DNA of 64,000 bases from Candidatus Latescibacterota bacterium (GTDB taxonomy: Bacteria > Latescibacterota > UBA2968 > GCA-2709665), in NCBI GenBank assembly GCA_965226795.1, contig CBDDDZ010000005.1, positions 992,001 through 1,056,000 on the forward strand, written 5' to 3'. The position numbers and the translations under genes are program-made. This document shows positions 10,179 to 20,364 of this stretch, piece after piece. The notes under the pieces are model-generated. The model did no database searches, was not told the DNA's origin, and saw only the letters and a list, made by a program, of their open reading frames with translations. Each line of letters starts with the position of its first letter. The stretch's first letter is position 1.

Positions 10179-13100
10179 GTGACTATGGCAATCAAATCTT
10201 CCCACAGACCCTGGCACGAAATAGTGCAGCTACGCGACGACCTGAGAACCGGGGAACTCTCGCTGGCCATATTCGCTGCCGATCTGTACGATGTGGTGAT
10301 GCAGAAGGGTAGGAGACAGGTGTACGAGCGCCCAGAAGATTTCTTCGCCCTGACGTATCCGACTTTAAATCTTCGTGAACTGGTCAAGGACGTCGCGACA
10401 CGGTTGGCCGGCCAGAGCGACAAGGCCTATCGGAAACTGTCGATAAATTACGGCGGTGGCAAGACCCACACACTCATCGCGCTCCGGCATCTCGCGCACG
10501 ATCCGGACAACTTGCCGGACCTGCCGGCGGTCAGGGATTTTGATGCGCACATCGGGTTCAGGATGCCAAAGGCCCGCGTGGCGGCGCTATGCTTTGACAA
10601 GATCGACCTCGAAAAGGGTGTCGAGACGCTGGGCCCCGGCGGCGAGATCAGAATGCTCAAGAACCCGTGGAGCATCCTCGCGTTCCAACTGGCGGGGACA
10701 GACGGCCTCCGACTCATTCACGCCGACGGCGAGGACGAAGAGCGCGACACGCCCCCGGCCGAACCGTTAGTGGTGGAACTTCTGTCAAAGCCGCAAGCGG
10801 AGGGGCTCTCGACGCTGGTGCTGATTGACGAAGTGCTGATGTATATCCGTACGCTGGTTGAAGCGCATCCGGATTCGCGAGGACGCTTGATCAGCTTCTT
10901 CCAATATCTAACCCAGGCCGTGGTTAAAGTGGACCGCTGTGCAATGGTGGCCTCACTTCTCGCCTCGGATCCGAGGAAGCACGACGAATTTGGAAATGAA
11001 CTCCTGCGGGACGTAGCCGACGTCTTCGGCCGCCAGATGGAAGAGGATGCAAGCCCGGTAAGCAAGGAGGACGTGGCGGAGGTGCTGCGGCGTCGATTCT
11101 TTAAACCAGAATCCATCCGCAACACAGGCGAATTCCGTCCGATTGTCACTTCCATAGTCGGCAGTATTGCGGCGATGGACGAGAATACGAGGAAGGAGCG
11201 CGCAGCAGCCGAGGAACGATTCCTTTCCAGTTATCCCTTCCACCCTGACCTCACGGAGGTCTTCTACACCCGATGGACTCAACTCGAAGGGTTTCAGCGC
11301 ACCCGTGGTATCCTGCGTACGTTTGCCATTGGCCTGCGCGATGCCGAGAAGTGGGATACGAGTCCGCTTGTCGGGCCGAATATTCTGCTGGCCGATCGAG
11401 AAAAGGACGGTCTCGCCGAAGCCGCGAGTGAACTCGCTTCCTTTGCCAGCGTCGACACGGCTACGGGTAAGCATCAGGAATGGCGGCCGATCCTCGAAGG
11501 CGAGTTGGCGAAGGCGCGCGCCATCCAGGCCGAGTCGACTGGCCTCAGCCATCGGGAGATGGAACAGGCTGTTATAGCCGTATTCCTGAGTTCTCAGCCC
11601 ATTGGTCACAAGGCACTTACCCGAGAAATCATGGTGCTTGTTGGAGCAGCCAATCCGGATAAGATTGAATTGGAGAAGGCTCTGCGTCGCTGGATCGAGG
11701 TGTCGTGGTTTCTCGACGAATCAGAGGTCGCCACAGGAGATAACGGATCGGAGGGGCAATTGCCCATGGCATGGCGGTTGGGTAATCGTCCCAACCTGCG
11801 CCAAATGCACCACGATGCCTGCAGCAATCGTGTATCTCAGTCTCTCGTAGAGGCGCAAGTGATCGATGCGATCGAGAAACAGCGTTCGCTTACCTCCGGT
11901 GCGTCCGCAGCCGGCGCAACGGTGCATAACCTTCCCGAGAGACCTCGAGACATCGGGGACGACGGAAAGTTCCACTACGCTGTGCTTGGCCCGGACATGT
12001 CGTCGGAGTCGGGCAAACCTAGTACCGCAGCCAGGCGGTTCATCGACGAGACGACTGCCCCCGACCGCCCGCGTGTGAATCGCAACGCAATCGTCCTCGC
12101 CGCTCCTTCCAGGGACGGTCTCGATGCCGCTCGCGTTCGCGTTCGAGAGTATCTCGGCTGGATGGAGGTAGGTGAGCAACTTAAGGGCCAGCCAATCGAC
12201 CCGATTCGAGAACAGATGCTCTCGAGCGAGACCGAAGCGGCGCGAAGGCGGATCCCGGAGGCCGTCAGGCAGGCCTATTCCATTGTTGTTACGGTGAACG
12301 AAAGCAACGATGTCCATGCCTTCAAGGTCGTCGTGACTGAAGAACCGCTGTTCACGACCATAAAGGCCGACAGGCGAGCCCGCATCCAGGAGACGCCCAT
12401 CAACTCCGAGGCAATGATGCCCGGAGGCCCCTATGACTTGTGGAGGGAAGACGAACCGTCACGTCGGGTAAAGGATCTTGTCGGAGCCTTCGCCCAGTTT
12501 GCAAAATTGCCGAAAATGCTGCGGCAGAAGGAAATTTCCGATACCGTAGTACATGGCGTTCAGGAAGGGATATGGGTGGCACAGGTAACCCGCCCCGACA
12601 GGACCATCAGGACTTTCTGGCGGACGCCAATCGACGAGACTGCCATACAAGATCCGGGCCTTGAAGTGTTTCTGCCGGAAGCGGCCACGTTAAGTGAACT
12701 CGTTCCAGACCTGCTCGTGCACAAAAAACTCCCTGGGCTCTGGTCGTCCGATGAACTCGCGGTGCAGGATGTTTATGACTATTTCTCGGGTGGCCACACA
12801 GTAGTCGTACAAAGGGAGGGTTACGAAGAAACAGTTATGATCCCTAAATGTGACTCAATGGATGTCGAAGCCGCCATTTCTCAAGGCGTTGAGCAGGGTC
12901 TGTTGTGGTTGACGAACGGGCCGGCCTCGATTCTCGAAGAAGCCGTGCCGCCTGGAGTACTCACCTCGTCGGCCGTGCTAAGGCCGCCGCCGGAAGGAAT
13001 CGACGTTGCTCAATTGATGCCGCCTTCGATTCCGAGCGCATGGGTAGAAGGCAAGGCCAACGCGCTTGCCATCGCCACCGCGCTTTCTGCTCAGTGGGCA

Positions 13101-13505
13101 AGGACCCTGCCCTGGTCGACGGTCGAAGCAGTGATCGATGCTGGTATACGAGCGCGATGGATTGAGGTCGGCACTGACAGCGCGCCCTGGCCAAGCGGCA
13201 TCGGCAACGCACAACACGTAATCCTGCAAATTCCGTTGCCGGGAGGTGTGGGCGACGCCGACGGGAGGCCATATGGCAGCGGAGATGAACCAAAGGGAGT
13301 GCTCCGTGCCGAAGCTGCACTTGAAGCCAATGGTATCCAGGACCTGGCTGATCAGATTCCGGAAATTACCAAAGCCGCTGTGGGTAATGATCTTAAATTC
13401 AAAGTCCGAATTGACTTCGGAGGAGAAAAGTCTCCCGATCTGGAGGCGGTGAAAAAGATTAACGAACTGCTTTCTGATGTGTCGGACTCATTCAAGCTTG
13501 AATGA
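10179..13505 (+). CDS. DUF499 family AAA+ ATPase (BrxC/PglY-related)
   Basis: PWHEIVQLRDDL...FAADL...FFALTYPT, Walker A YGGGKTH, Walker B LVLIDE, SYPFHP, FQRTRGILR. Confidence 0.88.
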   Translation: MTMAIKSSHRPWHEIVQLRDDLRTGELSLAIFAADLYDVVMQKGRRQVYERPEDFFALTYPTLNLRELVKDVATRLAGQSDKAYRKLSINYGGGKTHTLIALRHLAHDPDNLPDLPAVRDFDAHIGFRMPKARVAALCFDKIDLEKGVETLGPGGEIRMLKNPWSILAFQLAGTDGLRLIHADGEDEERDTPPAEPLVVELLSKPQAEGLSTLVLIDEVLMYIRTLVEAHPDSRGRLISFFQYLTQAVVKVDRCAMVASLLASDPRKHDEFGNELLRDVADVFGRQMEEDASPVSKEDVAEVLRRRFFKPESIRNTGEFRPIVTSIVGSIAAMDENTRKERAAAEERFLSSYPFHPDLTEVFYTRWTQLEGFQRTRGILRTFAIGLRDAEKWDTSPLVGPNILLADREKDGLAEAASELASFASVDTATGKHQEWRPILEGELAKARAIQAESTGLSHREMEQAVIAVFLSSQPIGHKALTREIMVLVGAANPDKIELEKALRRWIEVSWFLDESEVATGDNGSEGQLPMAWRLGNRPNLRQMHHDACSNRVSQSLVEAQVIDAIEKQRSLTSGASAAGATVHNLPERPRDIGDDGKFHYAVLGPDMSSESGKPSTAARRFIDETTAPDRPRVNRNAIVLAAPSRDGLDAARVRVREYLGWMEVGEQLKGQPIDPIREQMLSSETEAARRRIPEAVRQAYSIVVTVNESNDVHAFKVVVTEEPLFTTIKADRRARIQETPINSEAMMPGGPYDLWREDEPSRRVKDLVGAFAQFAKLPKMLRQKEISDTVVHGVQEGIWVAQVTRPDRTIRTFWRTPIDETAIQDPGLEVFLPEAATLSELVPDLLVHKKLPGLWSSDELAVQDVYDYFSGGHTVVVQREGYEETVMIPKCDSMDVEAAISQGVEQGLLWLTNGPASILEEAVPPGVLTSSAVLRPPPEGIDVAQLMPPSIPSAWVEGKANALAIATALSAQWARTLPWSTVEAVIDAGIRARWIEVGTDSAPWPSGIGNAQHVILQIPLPGGVGDADGRPYGSGDEPKGVLRAEAALEANGIQDLADQIPEITKAAVGNDLKFKVRIDFGGEKSPDLEAVKKINELLSDVSDSFKLE

Positions 13506-13689
13506 CAATGGACTCCTTCCACCGAAATGGATCGTATCGTTTTCTGATGTCACGTCCCTGAATCTGACGTGGTCTCGGTCGTGTTGCTTTCTGTATCAGG
13601 TGCACCGTCATTCAGGGCGCACTTGGTGCGAACTGCCTGATCCTTATCTTTAGCGGATCCAATGCCACGGCTGTTATGGACGGAGTGCA

Positions 13690-13926
13690 GTGATGCTTCT
13701 AGTCGACGCAGAGGAGGCCAGCACCCAACTCTCCCACCTAATGGCGCGAGTCGAAGCGGGTGAAGAGGTGGTTATTACCCAAAACGGTGTTCCGATTGTG
13801 CGGCTCGTCCCTTATGGGATTCGCGCTGGAAGTCGGAAGTTTGGTGCCATGAAGGGCCGAGTTGTGGTCCACGACGAAATCTTCGATCCGCTTCCAGAGG
13901 TCGAGTTGGACGCGTGGGGGACGTGA
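13690..13926 (+). CDS. Phd/YefM family antitoxin (orphan)
   Basis: EASTQLSHLMARVEAGEEVVITQNGVPIVRLVP...FDPLPE..L pattern. No intact VapC follows. Confidence 0.8.
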   Translation: MMLLVDAEEASTQLSHLMARVEAGEEVVITQNGVPIVRLVPYGIRAGSRKFGAMKGRVVVHDEIFDPLPEVELDAWGT

Positions 13927-14111
13927 TCGCATGCGCACACGACTTTACATTCTTAACTTTCTGCAGCCGACTGTGTCAACAACCCCGTTTCATTAACTCG
14001 ATCCAGCCCAGTTTTTCAATCCATTCTACGATGCCGAACTGAGCGCCGGAAGGGATATTTAATGTCCGGGCGTGGTGAGTGGTTTCGGTGCCACGGTAAA
14101 GGCGTTCATGA

Positions 14112-14447
14112 ATGACACAGGTCACAGATACTCTCATAGACCGGATGGTTCAGGCTATTGTTGATGAAGTCGATCCCGAGCAGGTGATCCTCTTCGGATC
14201 CCGCGGGCGCGGCGATGAGCGGCAGGACTCGGACGTGGATCTGGTTGTTGTGGAAGCGGCGCCCTTCGGCCCGAAGCGAAGTCGCCACAAAGAGATGGTC
14301 AGACTCTACCACGCCGTGGCGGGGTTTCCGGTCGCAGCCGACGTCCTTGTCTACTCTCGTGACGATGTGGACTACTGGCGCGACTCGCTCAACCACGTGC
14401 TGGCGCGGGCGCTAAGGGAGGGTGAGGTGCTCTATGAGCGACGTTAA
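14112..14447 (+). CDS. Minimal nucleotidyltransferase (MNT) antitoxin
   Basis: ILFGSRGRG...DSDVDLVVV motif. An overlapping ATG at 14434 (MSDVKCAQR) looks like the stub of a lost HEPN partner. Confidence 0.85.
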   Translation: MTQVTDTLIDRMVQAIVDEVDPEQVILFGSRGRGDERQDSDVDLVVVEAAPFGPKRSRHKEMVRLYHAVAGFPVAADVLVYSRDDVDYWRDSLNHVLARALREGEVLYERR

Positions 14448-14469
14448 GTGTGCACAGAGGGGATGCTCG

Positions 14470-14938
14470 TTCGTGCAGGGGAGCACGTTCGCAGCGATCA
14501 AGAGTGACGATGTTGCCAGGATCAAGGTACCACTGCCGCCGCTAGCTGAACAACGCCGTATCGTCGAAATTCTCGACCATGCTGATCGCCTCCGCCGTCT
14601 CCGCGCCGAAGCAGATGTCAAAGCGACGCGGGTCCCACATGCCCTTTTCATCAAATGTTCGGCGATCCGGCAACGAATCCAATGGGTTGGTCGGTCAAGC
14701 GTTTTGATAGCGTTTGTCAGTCACGTCTCGGTAAGATGCTGGATCAAAAGCAACAAACGGGTCGAATTCCCGTTTTTATCTTAGAAATGCAAATGAATAC
14801 TGGGATCGGCTGGACCTACGTGAGGTTCTGGAAATGGACTTCAATGAGTATGGTCGTGATGAATTCAGACTAAGGAAAGGGGACGTCCTGATCTGCGAAG
14901 GCGGCGAGCTTGGTCGTTGCGCGATTTGGAACAGCTGA
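14470..14938 (+). pseudogene. hsdS: Type I R-M specificity subunit (HsdS) internal fragment, frameshifted
   Basis: IKVPLPPLAEQRRIVEILD...ALF / MFGDPATNPMGW / YLRNAN...LRKGDVLICEGGELGRCAIW are spread over three frames. No start codon or C-terminus. Confidence 0.8.
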
Positions 14939-14947
14939 GGTGAATCA

Positions 14948-15172
14948 ATGAAAACCAAGGCAATCAGCAGGAGTCCCGGCATCCTCGGCGGAACCCCCGT
15001 ATTCTCTGGAACCAGGGTCCCGATACGTATCCTGATCGAACACCTGGAAGCAGGGGACTGTCTCGACGACTTTCTTTATAGCTATCCCACCGTGTCACGT
15101 GATCAGGCGATTGAGGTCCTCACAACCGCGAAGATGGCGCTGACCGGGAAAACTGATGAAACTGTTGTTTGA
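14948..15172 (+). CDS. DUF433 antitoxin
   Basis: ISRSPGILGGTPVFSGTRVPI...LEAG...YPTV. Confidence 0.85.
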   Translation: MKTKAISRSPGILGGTPVFSGTRVPIRILIEHLEAGDCLDDFLYSYPTVSRDQAIEVLTTAKMALTGKTDETVV

Positions 15173-15539
15173 CGAGTCCATGCCCAGACCACTCGAAGCG
15201 TACTTCCCTGGATCGTTTGAGTTAATTGCGGTCCAGCGCATGGGCTGGACGGGGCGATCATACGGTGTTCTCCTGCGCCTGGCCATGGCGCACGATGTCG
15301 AGCACGAGAGTTTCTTCGACTACTGCTCTGCTCGACTGGTTTTCAGTCGGTCCGAATCGCTGGGGTCGTTTCTAAAGGAGTCAAAGCAGCACCTCTTCCG
15401 TCGCGCTCAGGCTCCGCAGGCGCTGGCCTGCCTCCGTGACACGGATTCCGCCAGGTATGTGCAGGAGGTCCGTAGCCTGTTATCGGATGATAGAATCCGG
15501 CTGCAAAACTATAGAGACAAAATGGTGACACGATGCTGA
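15156..15539 (+). pseudogene. Chimera: truncated DUF5615 PIN toxin fused to a fragment of a STAND/Avs-like protein
   Basis: MKLLFDESMP...MGWTG (PIN-like) for ~46 aa, then HESFFDYC.AR...QHLFRRAQ...L..LRD.D..RY, typical of the post-NTPase region of STAND proteins. Confidence 0.55.
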
Positions 15540-17275
15540 CCAAACTAACCATCCGCAACTTTAAGCGCTTCGGCGAAGTGGAGATCGAATTGGGGAGTCC
15601 GGTTGTCTTCATCGGGCCCAACAACTCGGGCAAAACCTCGGCGATGCAGGCGCTGGCGCTCTGGGACATCGGTCTCAAGCGCTGGAACGAAAAACGATCC
15701 GGAAAGAGCGCAACCGAAAAACGCCCGGGAGTGACCATTAACCGGCGAGACCTCGTTGCAATTCCGATTCCTGAGGCGAACCTTCTCTGGCGCGATCTTC
15801 ACGTGAGGGACGTGCGAACCGTGGATGGGAGGCAACGTACCAGCAACATTCGAATAGACATCATTGTCGAGGGAGTTACAGAGGACAGGCACTGGAAATG
15901 CGGCCTTGAGTTCGACTACGCAAACGACGAGTCCTTCTACTGCAGGCCGCTACGCCTATCAGATTGTAAAACACCAGATCGTATGCCCGTTCCTGACGAA
16001 GCCGGAAGCACGCGAATTGCCTTCCTGCCGCCGATGTCGGGCTTGGCAGCGACGGAAACGCGCCTCGATGAGGGGGCCGTCAACGTACGAATTGGCGAGG
16101 GTCGTACGGCAGAAGTTCTGCGAAACCTGTGCTTTCAAGTCCATCAGACACAACCCGAACAGTGGAATATCCTTGTTGAGCATATACTGACCCTGTTCGG
16201 ATCACGGCTCGATCCGCCCCGTTACATCACCGAGCGGGGGGAGATCGCGATGACCTACACCGAAGAGAACGTCCGTCTTGACCTGTCGTCATCCGGACAA
16301 GGTCTGCAACAGACACTGCTCCTTCTGGCGTACATTTACGCTAATCCTGGTTCGGTTCTGCTCCTGGAGGAGCCGGACGCGCATTTAGAGATTCTTCGTC
16401 AGCGCCAGATCTACGGGCTGCTCACCGACATCGCGAGAGAAAGTGGTAGTCAGATCATTGCCGCCAGCCACTCCGAAGTGCTGCTCAACGAGGTCGCAGG
16501 TCGGGAAGTGGTCATCTCGTTCGATGGAGGGCCGCATCCGATTGACGACAGCGGAAGCCAGGTTCTGAAGGCGCTCAATGGAATCAGTTTCGACCAGTAC
16601 TATCAGGCCCAACATACCGGCTGGGTGCTCTACCTGAAGAGCTCGGCGGACCTATCGATACTGCAGGCGTTCGCCAGGAGACTGGGACACGAACGCTCGA
16701 TCCGGGCGCTCGAGCGGCCCTTTGTGAAATACGTGCAAAATCAGCCGACGACCGCTCAGCACCATTACCACGGCCTGCGCGAGGCTCTCCCCGCGCTTCG
16801 GGGCGTTGCCCTCTTCGATCGCCTCGAATCGGAGAGTTCCGATATCGCCCAAATCGAGTGTTTGACGTGGACGCGTAGAGAGATTGAGAACTACGTCTGC
16901 TCGCGGGCGACACTCGAAGCATACGCGACGGGTACCGCAAAGGACGCCTCGGCAGGACCCCTGTTCGCTGCGTCTGAAGTAAGCAGGCGCCAGAACGCCA
17001 TGCGCGAAGCTATTGCGGAAGTAGAAGCGGCGCTGATGACGCTGGGTAAGGAATCTCCCTGGAGTGCAGACGCCAAGGTAAGTGACGATTTCCTGGCTCC
17101 GCTCTTCGAAGCATACTTTTACAAGCTCGGACTACCGAACCTGATGGCCAAGAAAAACTCCTGTCAGTTGGTCGAATACGTGCCGGATAGCGAAATCGAT
17201 CCGGAAATCTGTGCCAAACTCGACGCAATTGCGAACGTCGCGGAAATCGCGACACCTGGGGGAGAACGAACGTGA
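15533..17275 (+). CDS. OLD/AAA_15-like ABC ATPase with a C-terminal TOPRIM-like domain
   Basis: IRNFKRF, IGPNNSGKT, SGQG, LLLEEPDAHL, ASHS, REIENY. The TOPRIM motif is degenerate (LYLKSSAD). Confidence 0.75.
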   Translation: MLTKLTIRNFKRFGEVEIELGSPVVFIGPNNSGKTSAMQALALWDIGLKRWNEKRSGKSATEKRPGVTINRRDLVAIPIPEANLLWRDLHVRDVRTVDGRQRTSNIRIDIIVEGVTEDRHWKCGLEFDYANDESFYCRPLRLSDCKTPDRMPVPDEAGSTRIAFLPPMSGLAATETRLDEGAVNVRIGEGRTAEVLRNLCFQVHQTQPEQWNILVEHILTLFGSRLDPPRYITERGEIAMTYTEENVRLDLSSSGQGLQQTLLLLAYIYANPGSVLLLEEPDAHLEILRQRQIYGLLTDIARESGSQIIAASHSEVLLNEVAGREVVISFDGGPHPIDDSGSQVLKALNGISFDQYYQAQHTGWVLYLKSSADLSILQAFARRLGHERSIRALERPFVKYVQNQPTTAQHHYHGLREALPALRGVALFDRLESESSDIAQIECLTWTRREIENYVCSRATLEAYATGTAKDASAGPLFAASEVSRRQNAMREAIAEVEAALMTLGKESPWSADAKVSDDFLAPLFEAYFYKLGLPNLMAKKNSCQLVEYVPDSEIDPEICAKLDAIANVAEIATPGGERT

Positions 17276-17291
17276 ACCTGACTGCCTATAG

Positions 17292-18191
<900 letters not shown>

Positions 18192-18357
18192 ATTAACGTG
18201 GCAAATTGGACCCGTACCGAAAACCCAGTTCCGATTAAATCGTGTCCGGCCTGTAAAATTAAGTGTGGCGCCACCAAATATGATGACGGCGGCGAAATGA
18301 CGCCAGTCAAGGTCATTGCCAATACGGCCATCTCTAGCAAACGGAAGGCGATCGACG

Positions 18358-19074
18358 GTGTTTTCGGGATTTGACGAGGCAGTGGTCGTCGATGTAGAAA
18401 CAACAGGTCTCGATCCGACGAGTGACAGAATTGTCTCGGTAGCGATGGTACGCGCACGCTTCGCAGACCTGAGGCAAGACCCTGATGGATTACATGGTGA
18501 CACCATCGACGCTATCGTTAACCCGCAATGCCGAATACCCCCACAAGCGTCGCGTATTCACGGCATAAGAGACAAAGACGTAAAACACAAAGGTCGCTTT
18601 TTCGAAATCGCGCAGCAGCTTCGGAATTTCATCGGCGACCGTCCGATAATTGCCCACAACGCTTCATTTGACAAGAATTTCCTTAACGCTGAATTCAAAA
18701 GGGCAGGGGTCAAAACCCTCTCTCGCAACAAGAGTTTTTGTACGATGCGGCGATTTCAGGAATTTAATCATGGCTTCCGACGGGGGAGCAATCTTGAGAA
18801 TGTAGCTATCGTCATGGGGGTGAAGGGACGAAAAAGCTCAAAACATGAAGCCACCGAGGATGTCAGGATGGTGTGGGAGGTGGCTGGTTTGTTCTACATG
18901 ATGGACAACCGGATAAATATACCAGGCGGCAAACCATCCCCTCCACCACGTAACAAACAGGTCAATCAACGTAGAGTCTATACACGCCAAAAACAAGATG
19001 ACGCTAATGTCGGATGTGGCGTTATCGCCTCTGCAATTATAGTAATTGCGTTGTTATTCTGGTGGCTTTCCTAG
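18358..19074 (+). CDS. DEDDh 3'-5' exonuclease with a C-terminal transmembrane helix
   Basis: VVDVETTGL, IAHNASFD, HEATED, hydrophobic tail VIASAIIVIALLFWWLS. The GTG at 18358 has a GGAAGG RBS (ORF track starts at 18316). Confidence 0.8.
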   Translation: MFSGFDEAVVVDVETTGLDPTSDRIVSVAMVRARFADLRQDPDGLHGDTIDAIVNPQCRIPPQASRIHGIRDKDVKHKGRFFEIAQQLRNFIGDRPIIAHNASFDKNFLNAEFKRAGVKTLSRNKSFCTMRRFQEFNHGFRRGSNLENVAIVMGVKGRKSSKHEATEDVRMVWEVAGLFYMMDNRINIPGGKPSPPPRNKQVNQRRVYTRQKQDDANVGCGVIASAIIVIALLFWWLS

Positions 19075-19701
19075 CCTCTAACGCTGTTAAATTGAGATGC
19101 AGTTGGTCGTTTGAGGTGCGTCCCTTGCGTCTGCACTGTCGATCTTACGAACAGTTCTCTACCGAACGTGCGGGACATCGATTCTTGAGTATTGTTCGTA
19201 TTCGACTCTCCCGACATCCGCATGCCCGCCATCGACCGCCTGGAAGGTTTCCGCACCGGCTGTCGAGGTCTTTACCGCCAGATGCTGGCGCCGGTTCTGG
19301 TGAAAAAAATCGGGCTGTCCGTGTGGATGTACGGGGTCGAGATAGAGCCCCTCAAATGGCCAAGGCTGGCCGCCGGCTATTGGACGGATTGAAAGGGCCA
19401 CGTTTGAAATACGGATTGCGACGGGATCAGACGTGGATGCATCTGGCGGGAACGCGAAGATAGACCAGAAGGAAATTTGTGAAACCATAAATTTTCTATG
19501 TTTGACGATGTTCTGTGAGTCCGCACGGTGATTCTACTCCGGATTGACCGTACGCCTGGCGTCCGCAGGAGATCGACGCGGGCGCTTCCAGGCTGACATT
19601 GCGCGCGTTCGGCGATGGCACGTGGTTTGCACAGTCTTTGTCTGCTGCGAAAGCCGATCGGTGGCGCGTTCGAAACGGCTGAATTCGACAATGACTTTAA
19701 T

Positions 19702-19730
19702 TTGACATGTAACTATTAAATGGTTACTTT
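19702..19730 (+). promoter_or_regulatory. Sigma70-like promoter with overlapping palindromic operator of the TA module
   Basis: TTGACA-17 nt-TACTTT. The imperfect palindrome GTAACTATTAAATGGTTAC lies in the spacer. The -10 is unusually close to the ATG. Confidence 0.45.
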
Positions 19731-19732
19731 GG

Positions 19733-19996
19733 ATGTATCAAACCCTAATTAGGAGAAGTGTGCTGCGGCGTATTCAGAGGCTGCCAGATACGGTTCAACG
19801 ACGGGTAGCCAACCTGGTCGAGGACCTGCTGGCCTGTGGGCCGATCAGAAATGAACGGCCCAACTCCCGAAAATCTGAACTGGACAAATTCCACGGCCAC
19901 CTTGCGCGTGATTGCGTCGTCTGTTGGACATACAAGAAAGACTCTCAAGTCATTGAGGTTTACTATGCAGGCAGTCGTAAAAACGCCCCATATTGA
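19733..19996 (+). CDS. RelE/ParE-like toxin (possibly degenerate)
   Basis: 87 aa, ends IEVYYAGSRKNAPY and overlaps the HTH antitoxin gene. Confidence 0.65.
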   Translation: MYQTLIRRSVLRRIQRLPDTVQRRVANLVEDLLACGPIRNERPNSRKSELDKFHGHLARDCVVCWTYKKDSQVIEVYYAGSRKNAPY

Positions 19997-20333
19997 GATT
20001 CTCATCAACGGAGACATCCCCGACAAGCTGATGTCCGTGCTGAATGATGAATACGGCGAACAGGTTCGGTTATCCGAAGACAACAGCGGCGACCTCGTCG
20101 ATATCTTTGAGACCGACTGGTACCGCAGCGTCAAATCAGGAATGACACCGGGAGACAATCTGAGGATCTACCGGCAGAATCACGGTTTCACTCAGACAAG
20201 GCTGGGCGAGATGCTCGATGGCGTTCCTCGCCAGCATATCTCGAATATGGAGAGGGAAGTCCGGTCGATCAGCCTGAAGACCGCTCGAAAGTTGGCGGAG
20301 ATATTTCAAGTGTCACCCGGGAAATTCATTTGA
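19965..20333 (+). CDS. XRE/HigA-like HTH antitoxin
   Basis: MQAVVKTPHI...TPGDNLRIYR...TQTRLGEML...HISNME...ISLKTARKLA. Confidence 0.8.
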   Translation: MQAVVKTPHIEILINGDIPDKLMSVLNDEYGEQVRLSEDNSGDLVDIFETDWYRSVKSGMTPGDNLRIYRQNHGFTQTRLGEMLDGVPRQHISNMEREVRSISLKTARKLAEIFQVSPGKFI

Positions 20334-20364
20334 CGAATAACGGCGCGCGAAGACTTTCAATGAA

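Noticed and set aside
19100..19690. Short ORFs between the exonuclease and the RelE-like gene
   Set aside because: No motifs, RBS or consistent frame; probably degraded remnants.
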